DNA from: an uncultured Fibrobacterota bacterium
GTDB taxonomy: Bacteria; Fibrobacterota; Chitinivibrionia; Chitinivibrionales; FEN-1185
Direction: 5' to 3'
Length of the DNA stretch: 64,000 nt
NCBI GenBank assembly: GCA_963729895.1
Contig: CAVSQB010000022.1
Location: 1-64,000 of the forward strand
Shown here: one piece after another, positions 17,701 to 25,587 of the stretch
Layout: each line of letters starts with the position of its first letter
How positions within the stretch are numbered: position 1 is the stretch's first letter
The notes under the pieces: model-generated
Told to the model about the DNA's origin: nothing
The model's database searches: none
The model's input: the letters and a program-made list of their open reading frames with translations, nothing else
Made by a program: the position numbers and the translations under genes

Positions 17701-19041
17701 ATTGATCAGGTATCTCCGGAAAACCTCGGCAACGCCGTCGTGCATCGTCCCGCCGGCCACAAACGGATAGCGCTCGGAAAGGCGGAGAAGTTCGTCATCG
17801 ACATCTCCTTGGGGCACCTTCCAGAGGCCGGAGAGGATTTTTGCGTCGGCCTGGGGAAACATGGCCAGGTGCACCACCCGCGTTATGGTCCGTTCGTCGC
17901 GCACGGCGGCGCAGAACCGCATGACGATGGTTGCCATTTTGTCGCGGGCCGTCGCCGCCTTGCGGACTCCGTCCAGCACATCGGCCGGGACGCCGCCGTC
18001 TTTTGCATAGGTAAGTACGTCGCGCACCACCACGGGCACGCCGCCCGTGGCATCCTCCACGGCGCTTACCGCATCCGCACCCAGATTGAGGCGGAACGCC
18101 TGGTTGCATTCGTCAACGTCCCACCGGGAAAACGCCAGGTCATCGAAGGACGCGGCATACAGGAGTTCCTCGGGAAACTCGTTGCGGTACAACCGAAGCA
18201 GCTTCTCGCGCCCGCTTACCACCGCCACCACCCTGTTTTTTCTGTCGAACAGGCGGCCAAGAAACACGGACCTCATCCACTGGAGCACGTTGGGGTTTGC
18301 CACCCGGTCGAGGTTGTCTATCGCCAGCAGAAGGGGGCGCTCGGCGGAGAGCGTCACGAGCCCGTTGACAAGTGCCTTGGTGAGCCGGTAATCTGCGTTC
18401 TCAAACAGGTCGCAGTCTTCTTCGGGAAGCCGTTTTTCCTCCCTGAGCCAGCGCAGAAAGGCGGCCTCAGCCTCCTGTCGTGCCATGCGCGCGTGGGGGG
18501 GAGCGCCATTCACAGCATCGGCAGTTTGCGAAGCCGCCTTCTGGGCGGGCCGTTCCGAAAAATCAATAGCCTCGTCTGTTTCGGGCCTCTTGAGCCATTC
18601 GTCCCTGCGCAGGGCGCTTACCACGGCGATCACGTGATCGAGCCGGCGCTCAACATGGAGATATTCCGAAAACCTGTCCGCAACGCCCTGCGCCGGATCG
18701 GTAAGTACGGCATGCAGGTAGTGCACCATCATTCGCGGCGTAAACGGAAGGACATTGCGGGTGAACAAAGGGTCTTCAAAATCAAGGGCAATCGTGGTGA
18801 GTCCTTTTTTTGTTTCCAGCTCCACGTCGGCTGCAATGGAAACGCATTGTCGCACCATGGCGCTCTTGCCCATTCCCGCTTCGCCGTAAAAAACAAAAAC
18901 CTGGGGGCATGCGGTTTGCGATTCCTTTTGCTTTTTGAGTTTGAGCCCCTTTGGTTCCTTTTGCTCCAATGCAACGGCAAGCATGCTTTCCCTAAAAGCC
19001 AGGGAAAGCATTCTGCGTCCGACAAAAACATCCTTGGGCAT
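14761..19041 (-). CDS. STAND-class NTPase (AAA_16-like) with about 20 or more C-terminal TPR repeats
   Basis: FVGR, Walker A GEAGMGKS, Walker B LLLAIDNLD, GxP motif TGGVP, MHD motif, then ~800 aa of 34-aa repeats (AWxNLG..A..AY.KA). Confidence 0.88.
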   Translation of the reverse strand: MPKDVFVGRRMLSLAFRESMLAVALEQKEPKGLKLKKQKESQTACPQVFVFYGEAGMGKSAMVRQCVSIAADVELETKKGLTTIALDFEDPLFTRNVLPFTPRMMVHYLHAVLTDPAQGVADRFSEYLHVERRLDHVIAVVSALRRDEWLKRPETDEAIDFSERPAQKAASQTADAVNGAPPHARMARQEAEAAFLRWLREEKRLPEEDCDLFENADYRLTKALVNGLVTLSAERPLLLAIDNLDRVANPNVLQWMRSVFLGRLFDRKNRVVAVVSGREKLLRLYRNEFPEELLYAASFDDLAFSRWDVDECNQAFRLNLGADAVSAVEDATGGVPVVVRDVLTYAKDGGVPADVLDGVRKAATARDKMATIVMRFCAAVRDERTITRVVHLAMFPQADAKILSGLWKVPQGDVDDELLRLSERYPFVAGGTMHDGVAEVFRRYLINQSTAVSAPYSGIIKEFGVASFTQYNDQLCRLQTEVAAPDKRFLDERYEAALLGCVTSLLWYDHGEVARIVPGHFCECLVYNQVLAGRILAAAEEFVPVLRPELVGLFNSLSSGLLATEGQPAWSGEKPSSAELAMLASIGAAGASLSSSQQAILCLRRASCAYRSSDFSRALDELEKCEPHVDESELLRDLVLEGYSWVGSAFGAAQQHEMAIKAFGRAAEIRPDRNDAWHNLGCSYAALKRHVQAEDSFAKAVACRPESYESLYGLGSEQFALAKFGDAAASFGKAAALKTGVAEVWHMLGLSNAAIGRHPEAIDAYKKALAVSARDAVCWFDCAASQAAAGNAADAAASCKKALELDPAFLKAARLLGQQLCAQGKFSDAVAAYQTATGLSPRDEQAWYGLGCALLDAGEPAQAVESFTEATKLKEDFADAFNKMGLALLQAKDFEAAVAAYNKAVKSQPAHFEALNNLGNALVAQKKYKQALKAYVQSTEANPGFEIAWYNRGIACNELGRYQDALEPFAAAARLAPDKYETWFANGCALFALEKYGDAAQSFLKAAGISPESYDAWYKAGAALAGCGKHGDAVAALVKAAALLPDKDEALHALGVSYAALGRHNEAVDAFAKTVAVNRADGVAWRLMGVSHQAAGRFADAVTAYREAVKVAPGDWESWHNAGLCSYYQSRHGEAVELLSKALELSPDNKDTLYTLGLSQHAQGNYGEAARLYARTLEVAPGMANARTNLALSLHASGNFAEAVAVYKKIAADSPGNADAWHNMGLAAEAMGNSDEAMAAYGKAVEVSPDRLASWINRGNIQMSFERYADAIASFTKAVELAKDNAESWGNLALASYYIGHFGEAVSAYERAIELAPDNVRAWGSLGLTYYTMGNYAQAIEASEKALSIKPDELWIQVNLALAAVLALNLDKAKTAFEKIIEFAASPEDLLHPIASLKELLARNPNLAPAREILVRLEDTWRKLKK

Positions 19042-19527
19042 AGCGATCCATCCTCTCGGAGAAACAACGGCCATTCCACAAAGAAAGGATTCTTTGCACC
19101 CGCAGCGTGCGCATTCCGGAATGGGTGAATACCAGGACTATAAAATATAGATTTCTCAGCATGAAATTAAAACAGCTATTCGTGGATTTCAAAAGTTTTC
19201 GATGGATGCGGCTTACCGACCCGTTCGTGATTCTTTTGAGGCCATCAGATGATGGTGCCGTACCGCGCAGATATCCGGCCGCCCGCCGGTGCGCGAACCG
19301 CCTTTTTTGTTTGCGCAAGATTGGACTTGCCTTCCGTTGAAATCTATTTTCTTTTGAATGCCACAGCCCGCGACTTGGCGCGGGGTTAGCGGGCGAATTA
19401 CAAATATCTTTTCCTTCGGCATGGAAGACCACGCAGTAGCGGCCGCAAACTTGCTTCGACTGCATGGCCAATCCCCCCGCCACTTGGGGCGGGGTTCTTC
19501 GAAGTATGTTACCTTAAGGAGGGCTGG

Positions 19528-20097
19528 ATGAAACCCCTTTTCTACGGTGCCGGTGTCGGCGTTGTCTGCGCTTTGCTGGTTGCGGGATGCCTGTCGAGGC
19601 AGGCCATAGCCGTCAATGGAAAGCCGTCAAAAAAGCCCGATGCCGCGCATGCCTCAGGCGGCAACGGCGATTCGTACGAAACGTCGGTTGTCATCAGCGG
19701 AGGCAAGGATTATACCGATGCCGTGGATTGCGAGTACGGTTTTGTGGCCGGCGCCTGGGGAGTAAAAGACAAGGATTGGAAATTGGTGGAAAAGACAACC
19801 ATGGTCGAAAATGGCAGGACCTACGACATGATGCAGGTTGAAATACCCAAGGTGGGAGAAAAGCATTTTTATTATTTCGACATCACCCACTACAAGAAAA
19901 AACGAAAATCGGCCGAGGGCGAGGCGGCGAAAGAGCAGGGTGAGACGCCAAAGCCGCCGGAAGCGGAGAAGCCCGCGCTGGCGCCGCAACCCCTGCAGGC
20001 TGCTCACCCTCAATCGAAGCAGGATTCGGCGCAATCGCAGCAGCAGGCGCCCGCTTTGGAACCCAAGCCCGCGCAGGACACGGTGAAGACCCCTTAA
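19528..20097 (+). CDS. Hypothetical lipoprotein with a Pro/Gln/Ala-rich C-terminal tail
   Basis: AGGAGG RBS; lipobox LVAG-C; YYFDIT motif. Confidence 0.72.
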   Translation: MKPLFYGAGVGVVCALLVAGCLSRQAIAVNGKPSKKPDAAHASGGNGDSYETSVVISGGKDYTDAVDCEYGFVAGAWGVKDKDWKLVEKTTMVENGRTYDMMQVEIPKVGEKHFYYFDITHYKKKRKSAEGEAAKEQGETPKPPEAEKPALAPQPLQAAHPQSKQDSAQSQQQAPALEPKPAQDTVKTP

Positions 20098-20111
20098 GAC
20101 AAGGAGGCCTC

Positions 20112-20864
20112 ATGCGGCAGGATTCCCTCAAAGGACGTTCCGCGCTTGTCACCGGCGGCGCGCAGCGCATCGGCCGGCACATTGCCATTGCCTGCGCGGA
20201 GGCGGGGATGAATGTCGTCGTTCACTATCACAAATCAAGATCCGACGCCGAGCGTCTTGTCGGCGAACTCGCGCGCAAAGGGGTCTGCGCGTGGGCCGTA
20301 GGCGCCGACCTGAACCGCCCCGGCGGCTGCGAGGCCGTTGTGGGAAAGGCGCGAACCCTCTGCGGCGGTTCGCTTTCACTACTTGTCAACAACGCGTCCG
20401 TGTTCCCCGAGCGCTCGTTGCCGCAGGTAACCTTTGTCGACATCGCCGACACCCTCCGCACCAACGCATGGGCGCCCTTGTGTCTGAGCCGCGCCTTTGC
20501 AGGGAAGGTGCGGCGCGGCAGCATCGTCAATCTCCTCGACGCGCGCATTGCCGGAAACGACAAGAATCACGCGGCTTATATTCTTTCCAAACACATGCTG
20601 GCCACTCTCACAAAAATGTGCGCCATCGAATTCGCGCCCGGCCTCCGGGTAAACGCGGTGGCGCCCGGGCTGATTCTGCCGCCGGCCGGGAAGACCAACG
20701 GCTATCTAAACAAACTTAAAAAAACGGTGCCGCTCCGGGCCCATGGCACACCCTTCGAGGTAGCAGACGCGGTTCTGTTCCTTGCACGCAGCTCCTTCAT
20801 AACGGGCGAGATTATTTTCGTCGACGGCGGAAAACATCTGCTCCGTTGCGGTTCCGCATACTAA
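20112..20864 (+). CDS. SDR oxidoreductase, pteridine reductase/FolM-like
   Basis: TGGAQRIG (Arg in the Gly motif), NNAS, YILSK, VNAVAPG. Confidence 0.85.
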   Translation: MRQDSLKGRSALVTGGAQRIGRHIAIACAEAGMNVVVHYHKSRSDAERLVGELARKGVCAWAVGADLNRPGGCEAVVGKARTLCGGSLSLLVNNASVFPERSLPQVTFVDIADTLRTNAWAPLCLSRAFAGKVRRGSIVNLLDARIAGNDKNHAAYILSKHMLATLTKMCAIEFAPGLRVNAVAPGLILPPAGKTNGYLNKLKKTVPLRAHGTPFEVADAVLFLARSSFITGEIIFVDGGKHLLRCGSAY

Positions 20865-20989
20865 CAAACCGCTTCTCTGCATGCCTTCCTTGGTGGTATA
20901 CTATACAATCGGCTGGTATGCCCGGTGTTGACTCTTTTCCTTAATGCAGACGATGCCGTTTGGCGACAAGCGACATATCTTGACAAACA

Positions 20990-23596
20990 ATGACCAAATC
21001 CGGCCACACAGAAAAAAAGCAGCCTCCTGTGGTGGGCCTTCTCCTGGAAGGCTCTCCGGTGGTACGCCAATCGGGCCTGTTTTTGGGTGCTGCGGAAGCG
21101 GCCCGCCGGCGCGGAGCCAGTCTCATCTGCATTCCGGGAGGAACGCCGGGCGACCAGCCTCTCGCCGGGCCGGTATTGAGGAGTCCTTTATACGATCACG
21201 TGAGCTCGGCGGATGTCGACGGCCTCATCATTTCCGGAACATTCGGCACCTCCGTTTCCCCCGAAACGTTCCGGAACTTCTGCAGCCGGTACGCGCCGAT
21301 GCCCATCGTGAGCATCGATCAGGCGCTCGGCGACATGCCCGCGGTATTTGTCGATAAGGAATCGGGATTTCGCGACCTTGTGCGGCATCTCGTCCGCGCC
21401 CACCGCTTCAAACGGATCGCATTCATTCGCGGACCAAAAGACAACCCGGGCGCGGAGCTCCGCTTCCGCGCTTTCCTCGAGGTGCTCACGGAATATGGGC
21501 TGGCGGCGGACCCCAGGCGCGTCGTGCAAGGAGATTGGTCCAGACAATCGGGTGAACGGGCCGTGTGGCTGCTTCTTGACCAGCGCAAAATCGAATGTGA
21601 CGCGCTCGTCGCGGCCGGCGACGACATGGCGCTCGGCGCGCTTGCCGCGCTGGTCGCCCGGGGCCTCCGCGTTCCCTACGACATCGCCGTGACGGGCTTC
21701 GGCGACATCGAGGAATGCAGCTACCTATCCCCGCCCCTTACCACCGTGCGGCAGCCCTCGTACAACATCGGTATGCAGGCGGCGGAAATGATCATCGATC
21801 TCGCCCTGGGGAAACAGGTGCCGCGCAGGGTGTTTTTGTCCGCCGACCTCCTGATCCGCCAGTCGTGCGGCTGCCCTTTCGGCGCGAATCTCCGGAAAAT
21901 CCACGAACGCCACCGGATTCCCGAAAAGCACCGCTACGACGGATCGTTCCGCGCCGTGCGGGAGCGCATCGTCACCGAGATGGCCTCCGCGGTCGCCGAG
22001 GCCTCGCCTCCGGAAAAGCAGGCCGGCGGGGAAAAGGAGCTTGCCGGCCGGCTGTACAAGGCGTTCTTTATTGACATAAAGGGAAAACTCACCGACGTGT
22101 TTCTGCAGGTGCTCGATGAAGTGCTGCGCGCTACCCTTGCCGGCGCCGGGGAGGCTCTTGCCTGGCAGGACGCGCTGTGGACCTTGCGCGCGCACTCGCA
22201 TCCAGTTGTGTCGCAAGCCGAGGCCCGCCGCGCCGAGGAACTGCTGCAGCAGGGCACCGCCATGGTCGCGGAGAGTGCGCGCCGGGCCCAGGGAATCGCC
22301 AAGCTTCGGGAACAATCGCTTCTGTCCATTGTCCGGAACATCGCGCAGACCCTGATGACCACGTTCGACCCGCAGCGGCTGCTCGAGGCGACGGCCCAGG
22401 GCCTGCACGCCCTGGGTATCGTGCACGGGCATATCGTTGTGTGCGGCGACAGCGCCGCCTCGCTGATGCTGCCGTTCGTCGCGTCGGGCCTCCGGCAGCC
22501 GGGCGCGGTGCTTGCGCTGTCGTTCGAAGGCCCTCGCACGACCCAGTATCCGCCGGCGGGGCTCGCATTTCCCGGAAATCAACTTCTCCCCCTGGGCATG
22601 CTCCGGCGCGAGCGGCCGTTCTGCATGATGGCGGTCCCGCTTCTCGCCGGCAGCGAGCTGCTCGGCTTTTTGCTCCTGGAAACCGGCCCGCTCCCGGTGT
22701 ACCTGTTCGAAATCCTGTCGGAACAGGTATCAAGCGCGCTCAACGCGTCGATTCTTGTAAAGAAAGTTCATGATCAGACAAGCGACCTCGCCCTTGCCAA
22801 CCGCCGGCTCGAGTACGAAGTGTCGCAAAGAAAGAAGGCCCAGGAGGAGCTGTCGGCGGCCAAGGAGGCTGCCGAAAGTGCGAACAAGTCGAAGAGCGTG
22901 TTCCTCGCAAGCATGAGCCACGAGCTCAGGACCCCGCTCAACGCCATCGTGGGGTACAGCGAACTGCTGGCCGAAGACGCGGCCGACAAGCATGACGCCC
23001 TGCTGGGCGCCGACCTCGGCAAGATCCGCACCGCGGGCACGCTGCTGAGGGCGATTGTCAACGATATTCTCGATCTGTCGAAGATCGAGGCGGGCAAGAT
23101 GAGCCTCTATCTCGAGGAATTCGATATCGGCCTCGTCATGCGCGACGTCGCCGACGCCCTGAGGCCCCAGCTTGCCGGGAAGCCCGTTGCGCTCGACACC
23201 GACTGTGAAAACGGCATGGGCACGATGTACGCCGACATCACCAAGGTGCGGCAGATCGTTCTCAACATCGTGGGCAATGCGGTCAAGTTCACCGCGGCGG
23301 GCTCCGTACTCGTGACCGCGGCGCGCACGCAGGTTGACGGAAAAGACTGGTTCCGCATCATGGTGAAGGACACCGGCATCGGCATGACCGAAGGCCAGGC
23401 GGCGAGCGTCTTCGACGCCTTTGCCCAGGCCGACGCCTCCACCTCGCGGACCTTCGGCGGCACCGGGCTCGGGCTCGCCATATCGCGCAGCCTGTGCCGG
23501 CTCATGGGCGGCGATATCGCGGTGTCAAGCGAACCGGGGAAAGGGTCGGAATTTGTGGTGGCGCTGCCGGCGAGGGTGGAGGCCACTCCGGCATGA
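20990..23596 (+). CDS. Soluble histidine kinase with a LacI-family sugar-binding sensor domain
   Basis: LacI core RIAFIRGP..DDMALG..PYDIAVTGF..PPLTTVRQP..RQSCGC; HisKA FLASMSHELRTPLN; HATPase GNAVKFT, DTGIG, GGTGLGL. Confidence 0.9.
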   Translation: MTKSGHTEKKQPPVVGLLLEGSPVVRQSGLFLGAAEAARRRGASLICIPGGTPGDQPLAGPVLRSPLYDHVSSADVDGLIISGTFGTSVSPETFRNFCSRYAPMPIVSIDQALGDMPAVFVDKESGFRDLVRHLVRAHRFKRIAFIRGPKDNPGAELRFRAFLEVLTEYGLAADPRRVVQGDWSRQSGERAVWLLLDQRKIECDALVAAGDDMALGALAALVARGLRVPYDIAVTGFGDIEECSYLSPPLTTVRQPSYNIGMQAAEMIIDLALGKQVPRRVFLSADLLIRQSCGCPFGANLRKIHERHRIPEKHRYDGSFRAVRERIVTEMASAVAEASPPEKQAGGEKELAGRLYKAFFIDIKGKLTDVFLQVLDEVLRATLAGAGEALAWQDALWTLRAHSHPVVSQAEARRAEELLQQGTAMVAESARRAQGIAKLREQSLLSIVRNIAQTLMTTFDPQRLLEATAQGLHALGIVHGHIVVCGDSAASLMLPFVASGLRQPGAVLALSFEGPRTTQYPPAGLAFPGNQLLPLGMLRRERPFCMMAVPLLAGSELLGFLLLETGPLPVYLFEILSEQVSSALNASILVKKVHDQTSDLALANRRLEYEVSQRKKAQEELSAAKEAAESANKSKSVFLASMSHELRTPLNAIVGYSELLAEDAADKHDALLGADLGKIRTAGTLLRAIVNDILDLSKIEAGKMSLYLEEFDIGLVMRDVADALRPQLAGKPVALDTDCENGMGTMYADITKVRQIVLNIVGNAVKFTAAGSVLVTAARTQVDGKDWFRIMVKDTGIGMTEGQAASVFDAFAQADASTSRTFGGTGLGLAISRSLCRLMGGDIAVSSEPGKGSEFVVALPARVEATPA

Positions 23597-23970
23597 GCCT
23601 CATTCTCATCATCGAAGACAACGAACTCGACGCAGACATGCTGTCCCGGCGCCTCGCGCGAAAAGGGTACGAGGTGATTACCGCCGCGGACGGGCAAAGC
23701 GGCCTGGCCGCGGCGCGCGAGCGGCGACCCGACCTTGTCATCATGGACATGGGCCTGCCGGTTATTGACGGATGGGAGGCGACGCGCCTGCTCAGGGAGT
23801 CTCCGGACACCGCGTCGATCCCGGTTGTGGCGCTCACCGCGCATGCCATGGCCGAAGACCGGGCGCGCGGCCTTGCGGCCGGCTGCGACTGTTATGAGAC
23901 AAAACCGCTCGAATTCGACCGTCTCCTATCGTCAATCGAACTCTTGCTGCACAAAGGCAGGTACTCATGA
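23593..23970 (+). CDS. Single-domain response regulator (DivK/CheY-like)
   Basis: ATG overlaps the kinase stop; IIEDN, PDLVIMD, ALTAHAM, TKP. Confidence 0.9.
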   Translation: MSLILIIEDNELDADMLSRRLARKGYEVITAADGQSGLAAARERRPDLVIMDMGLPVIDGWEATRLLRESPDTASIPVVALTAHAMAEDRARGLAAGCDCYETKPLEFDRLLSSIELLLHKGRYS

Positions 23971-25118
23971 GCGAGCAACCGAAAATTCTTGTCGTCGACG
24001 ACATCCCGGACAACCGCGAACTGCTCTGCCGCCTCCTGTCGCGCCAGGGCCATACGGCCAGCACCGCGGCCAACGGCCTGGAGGCGCTTGAGTGTCTCGC
24101 AAGAAGTCAATTTGACTGCGTGCTGCTCGACATCATGATGCCGGTGATGGGCGGCATCGAGACCCTGTCGCGTCTCAAGGCCGACGACACGCTCCGCCAC
24201 ATTCCCGTGATCGTGGTATCCGCCATCGACGATCTCGACAACGTGGTGAAATGCATAGAGCTCGGCGCAGAAGACTATCTGTTCAAGCCGGTCAACAAGG
24301 TGATCCTCAACGCGCGGGTGTCCGCCTCCCTCGAAAAAAAACGCCTGCGCGACCAGGAGCGGGCATATACCTCTCATGTCAAGCGAGAGCTTGAACTCGG
24401 CCGCCAGATTCAGGCGGACTTCCTTCCCGAAACGCTCCCCCAGCCCGAAGGATGGGAAGTGGCGGTCTCGTTTGAACCGGCGTTCGAGGTGGCCGGCGAT
24501 TTCTACGACGTGTTCACCATCGGCCCGGACCGGCTTTGCTTTGTGATCGCGGACGTGTGCGGCAAAGGCGTCGGCGCCGCACTGTTCATGGCCCTGGTGC
24601 GAAGCCTCATCCGCGCGTACGCGGAGCAGGCGACGGGCGGCGACGGCGACATATTGCACGCCGTTGCACTCACCAACAGTTACCTCTTCCGGCACCACCG
24701 CCTCAAGAAAAGCTACCTGTTTACGACGCTCCTGTTCGGCGTGCTCGACACAACCCAGGGTATCTTCCGCTACATCGCGGCGGGGCATTATCCTCCCCTT
24801 ATCCTTTCGCCCGGCGGCGCCGTCAGGTCGCTCGCGTTGTGCGGTCCTGCGCTGGGCATCCTCACCGATCCGGAGTACGCGATCAGGGAGACGTCTCTTT
24901 CCAAAGGCGACATTCTTCTGGCCTACACCGACGGCGTCACCGAGGCGAAGAACGCGGCTGAGGACCTTTACACAAAAGAACGTCTCTTCTCGGTCCTGGG
25001 ATCCGGACCGCGCGATGCAAAGACCCTTCTGGTGCGCATTGAGGCGGGACTGGCGAATTACATCGGCGACACCGAGCAGTCGGACGATATTACGATGATG
25101 GCGATACGGAGGTTATAA
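23967..25118 (+). CDS. Receiver domain + SpoIIE/PP2C phosphatase (RsbU-like)
   Basis: VVDD..LLDIMMP..KP; VAGDFYD, IADVCGKG, YTDGVTEA, DDIT. Confidence 0.92.
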   Translation: MSEQPKILVVDDIPDNRELLCRLLSRQGHTASTAANGLEALECLARSQFDCVLLDIMMPVMGGIETLSRLKADDTLRHIPVIVVSAIDDLDNVVKCIELGAEDYLFKPVNKVILNARVSASLEKKRLRDQERAYTSHVKRELELGRQIQADFLPETLPQPEGWEVAVSFEPAFEVAGDFYDVFTIGPDRLCFVIADVCGKGVGAALFMALVRSLIRAYAEQATGGDGDILHAVALTNSYLFRHHRLKKSYLFTTLLFGVLDTTQGIFRYIAAGHYPPLILSPGGAVRSLALCGPALGILTDPEYAIRETSLSKGDILLAYTDGVTEAKNAAEDLYTKERLFSVLGSGPRDAKTLLVRIEAGLANYIGDTEQSDDITMMAIRRL

Positions 25119-25215
25119 GTTTCAATATTTCAATTTCTCGGGGGAGGAGTGGAGGACGTCTCATAACCTCCTGTAAATCTCTGGCGCCTGCCGGTCGGCA
25201 CCGGTTCTCCTCCAG

Positions 25216-25290
25216 GCTCGGCTATTCGCCTCGTTGCCGGTCCGCCCTATGCCTGGCGGCCGGGTCGGCCGGCAAGGTGCTCCGGCACCC
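25216..25290 (-). repeat. Structured intergenic repeat, divergent inverted copy 3
   Basis: Reverse complement GTGCCGGAGCACCTTGCCGGCCGACCCGGCCGCCAGGCATAGGGCGGACCGGCAACGAGGC matches the core of copies 1 and 2. Confidence 0.7.
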
Positions 25291-25393
25291 CTTCCGTCGC
25301 CCCTGGCGCAAAAAGAAACAACTGTTTGCCTTCATGTGAACAGTACTTGACCTCTCCGTACAATCAAACTCCCACTTGTCTACCTATCGCTCG

Positions 25394-25574
25394 CTGCGTT
25401 AGGCAGGACCGCAGGGTGTGCAGAAGCACAGTGCCGGTCGGCCCCGCCGAAGGCATAGGGGCGATCCGGCACCGAGGCTGACGAGCCGACGACCCTTGGA
25501 AGCACCCGAAGGGGTGGCCCGCAAGGAGGGCCGACCCGAGCCTGAGCGCGCGCGAGGGCGAGGGGACCGCCCAA
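25394..25574 (+). repeat. Structured GC-rich intergenic repeat, copy 2 (with an extra internal module)
   Basis: Aligns with 14552-14697; extra segment around 25490-25517. Confidence 0.85.
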
Positions 25575-25587
25575 CTCTTGAATTTAT

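Noticed and set aside
15646..19128. Long plus-strand ORFs of 556 and 548 aa
   Set aside because: Antisense shadows of the GC-rich TPR gene with no motifs; the same applies to shadows over hisF, clpB, rtcB, glmS, istA and the OmpA gene
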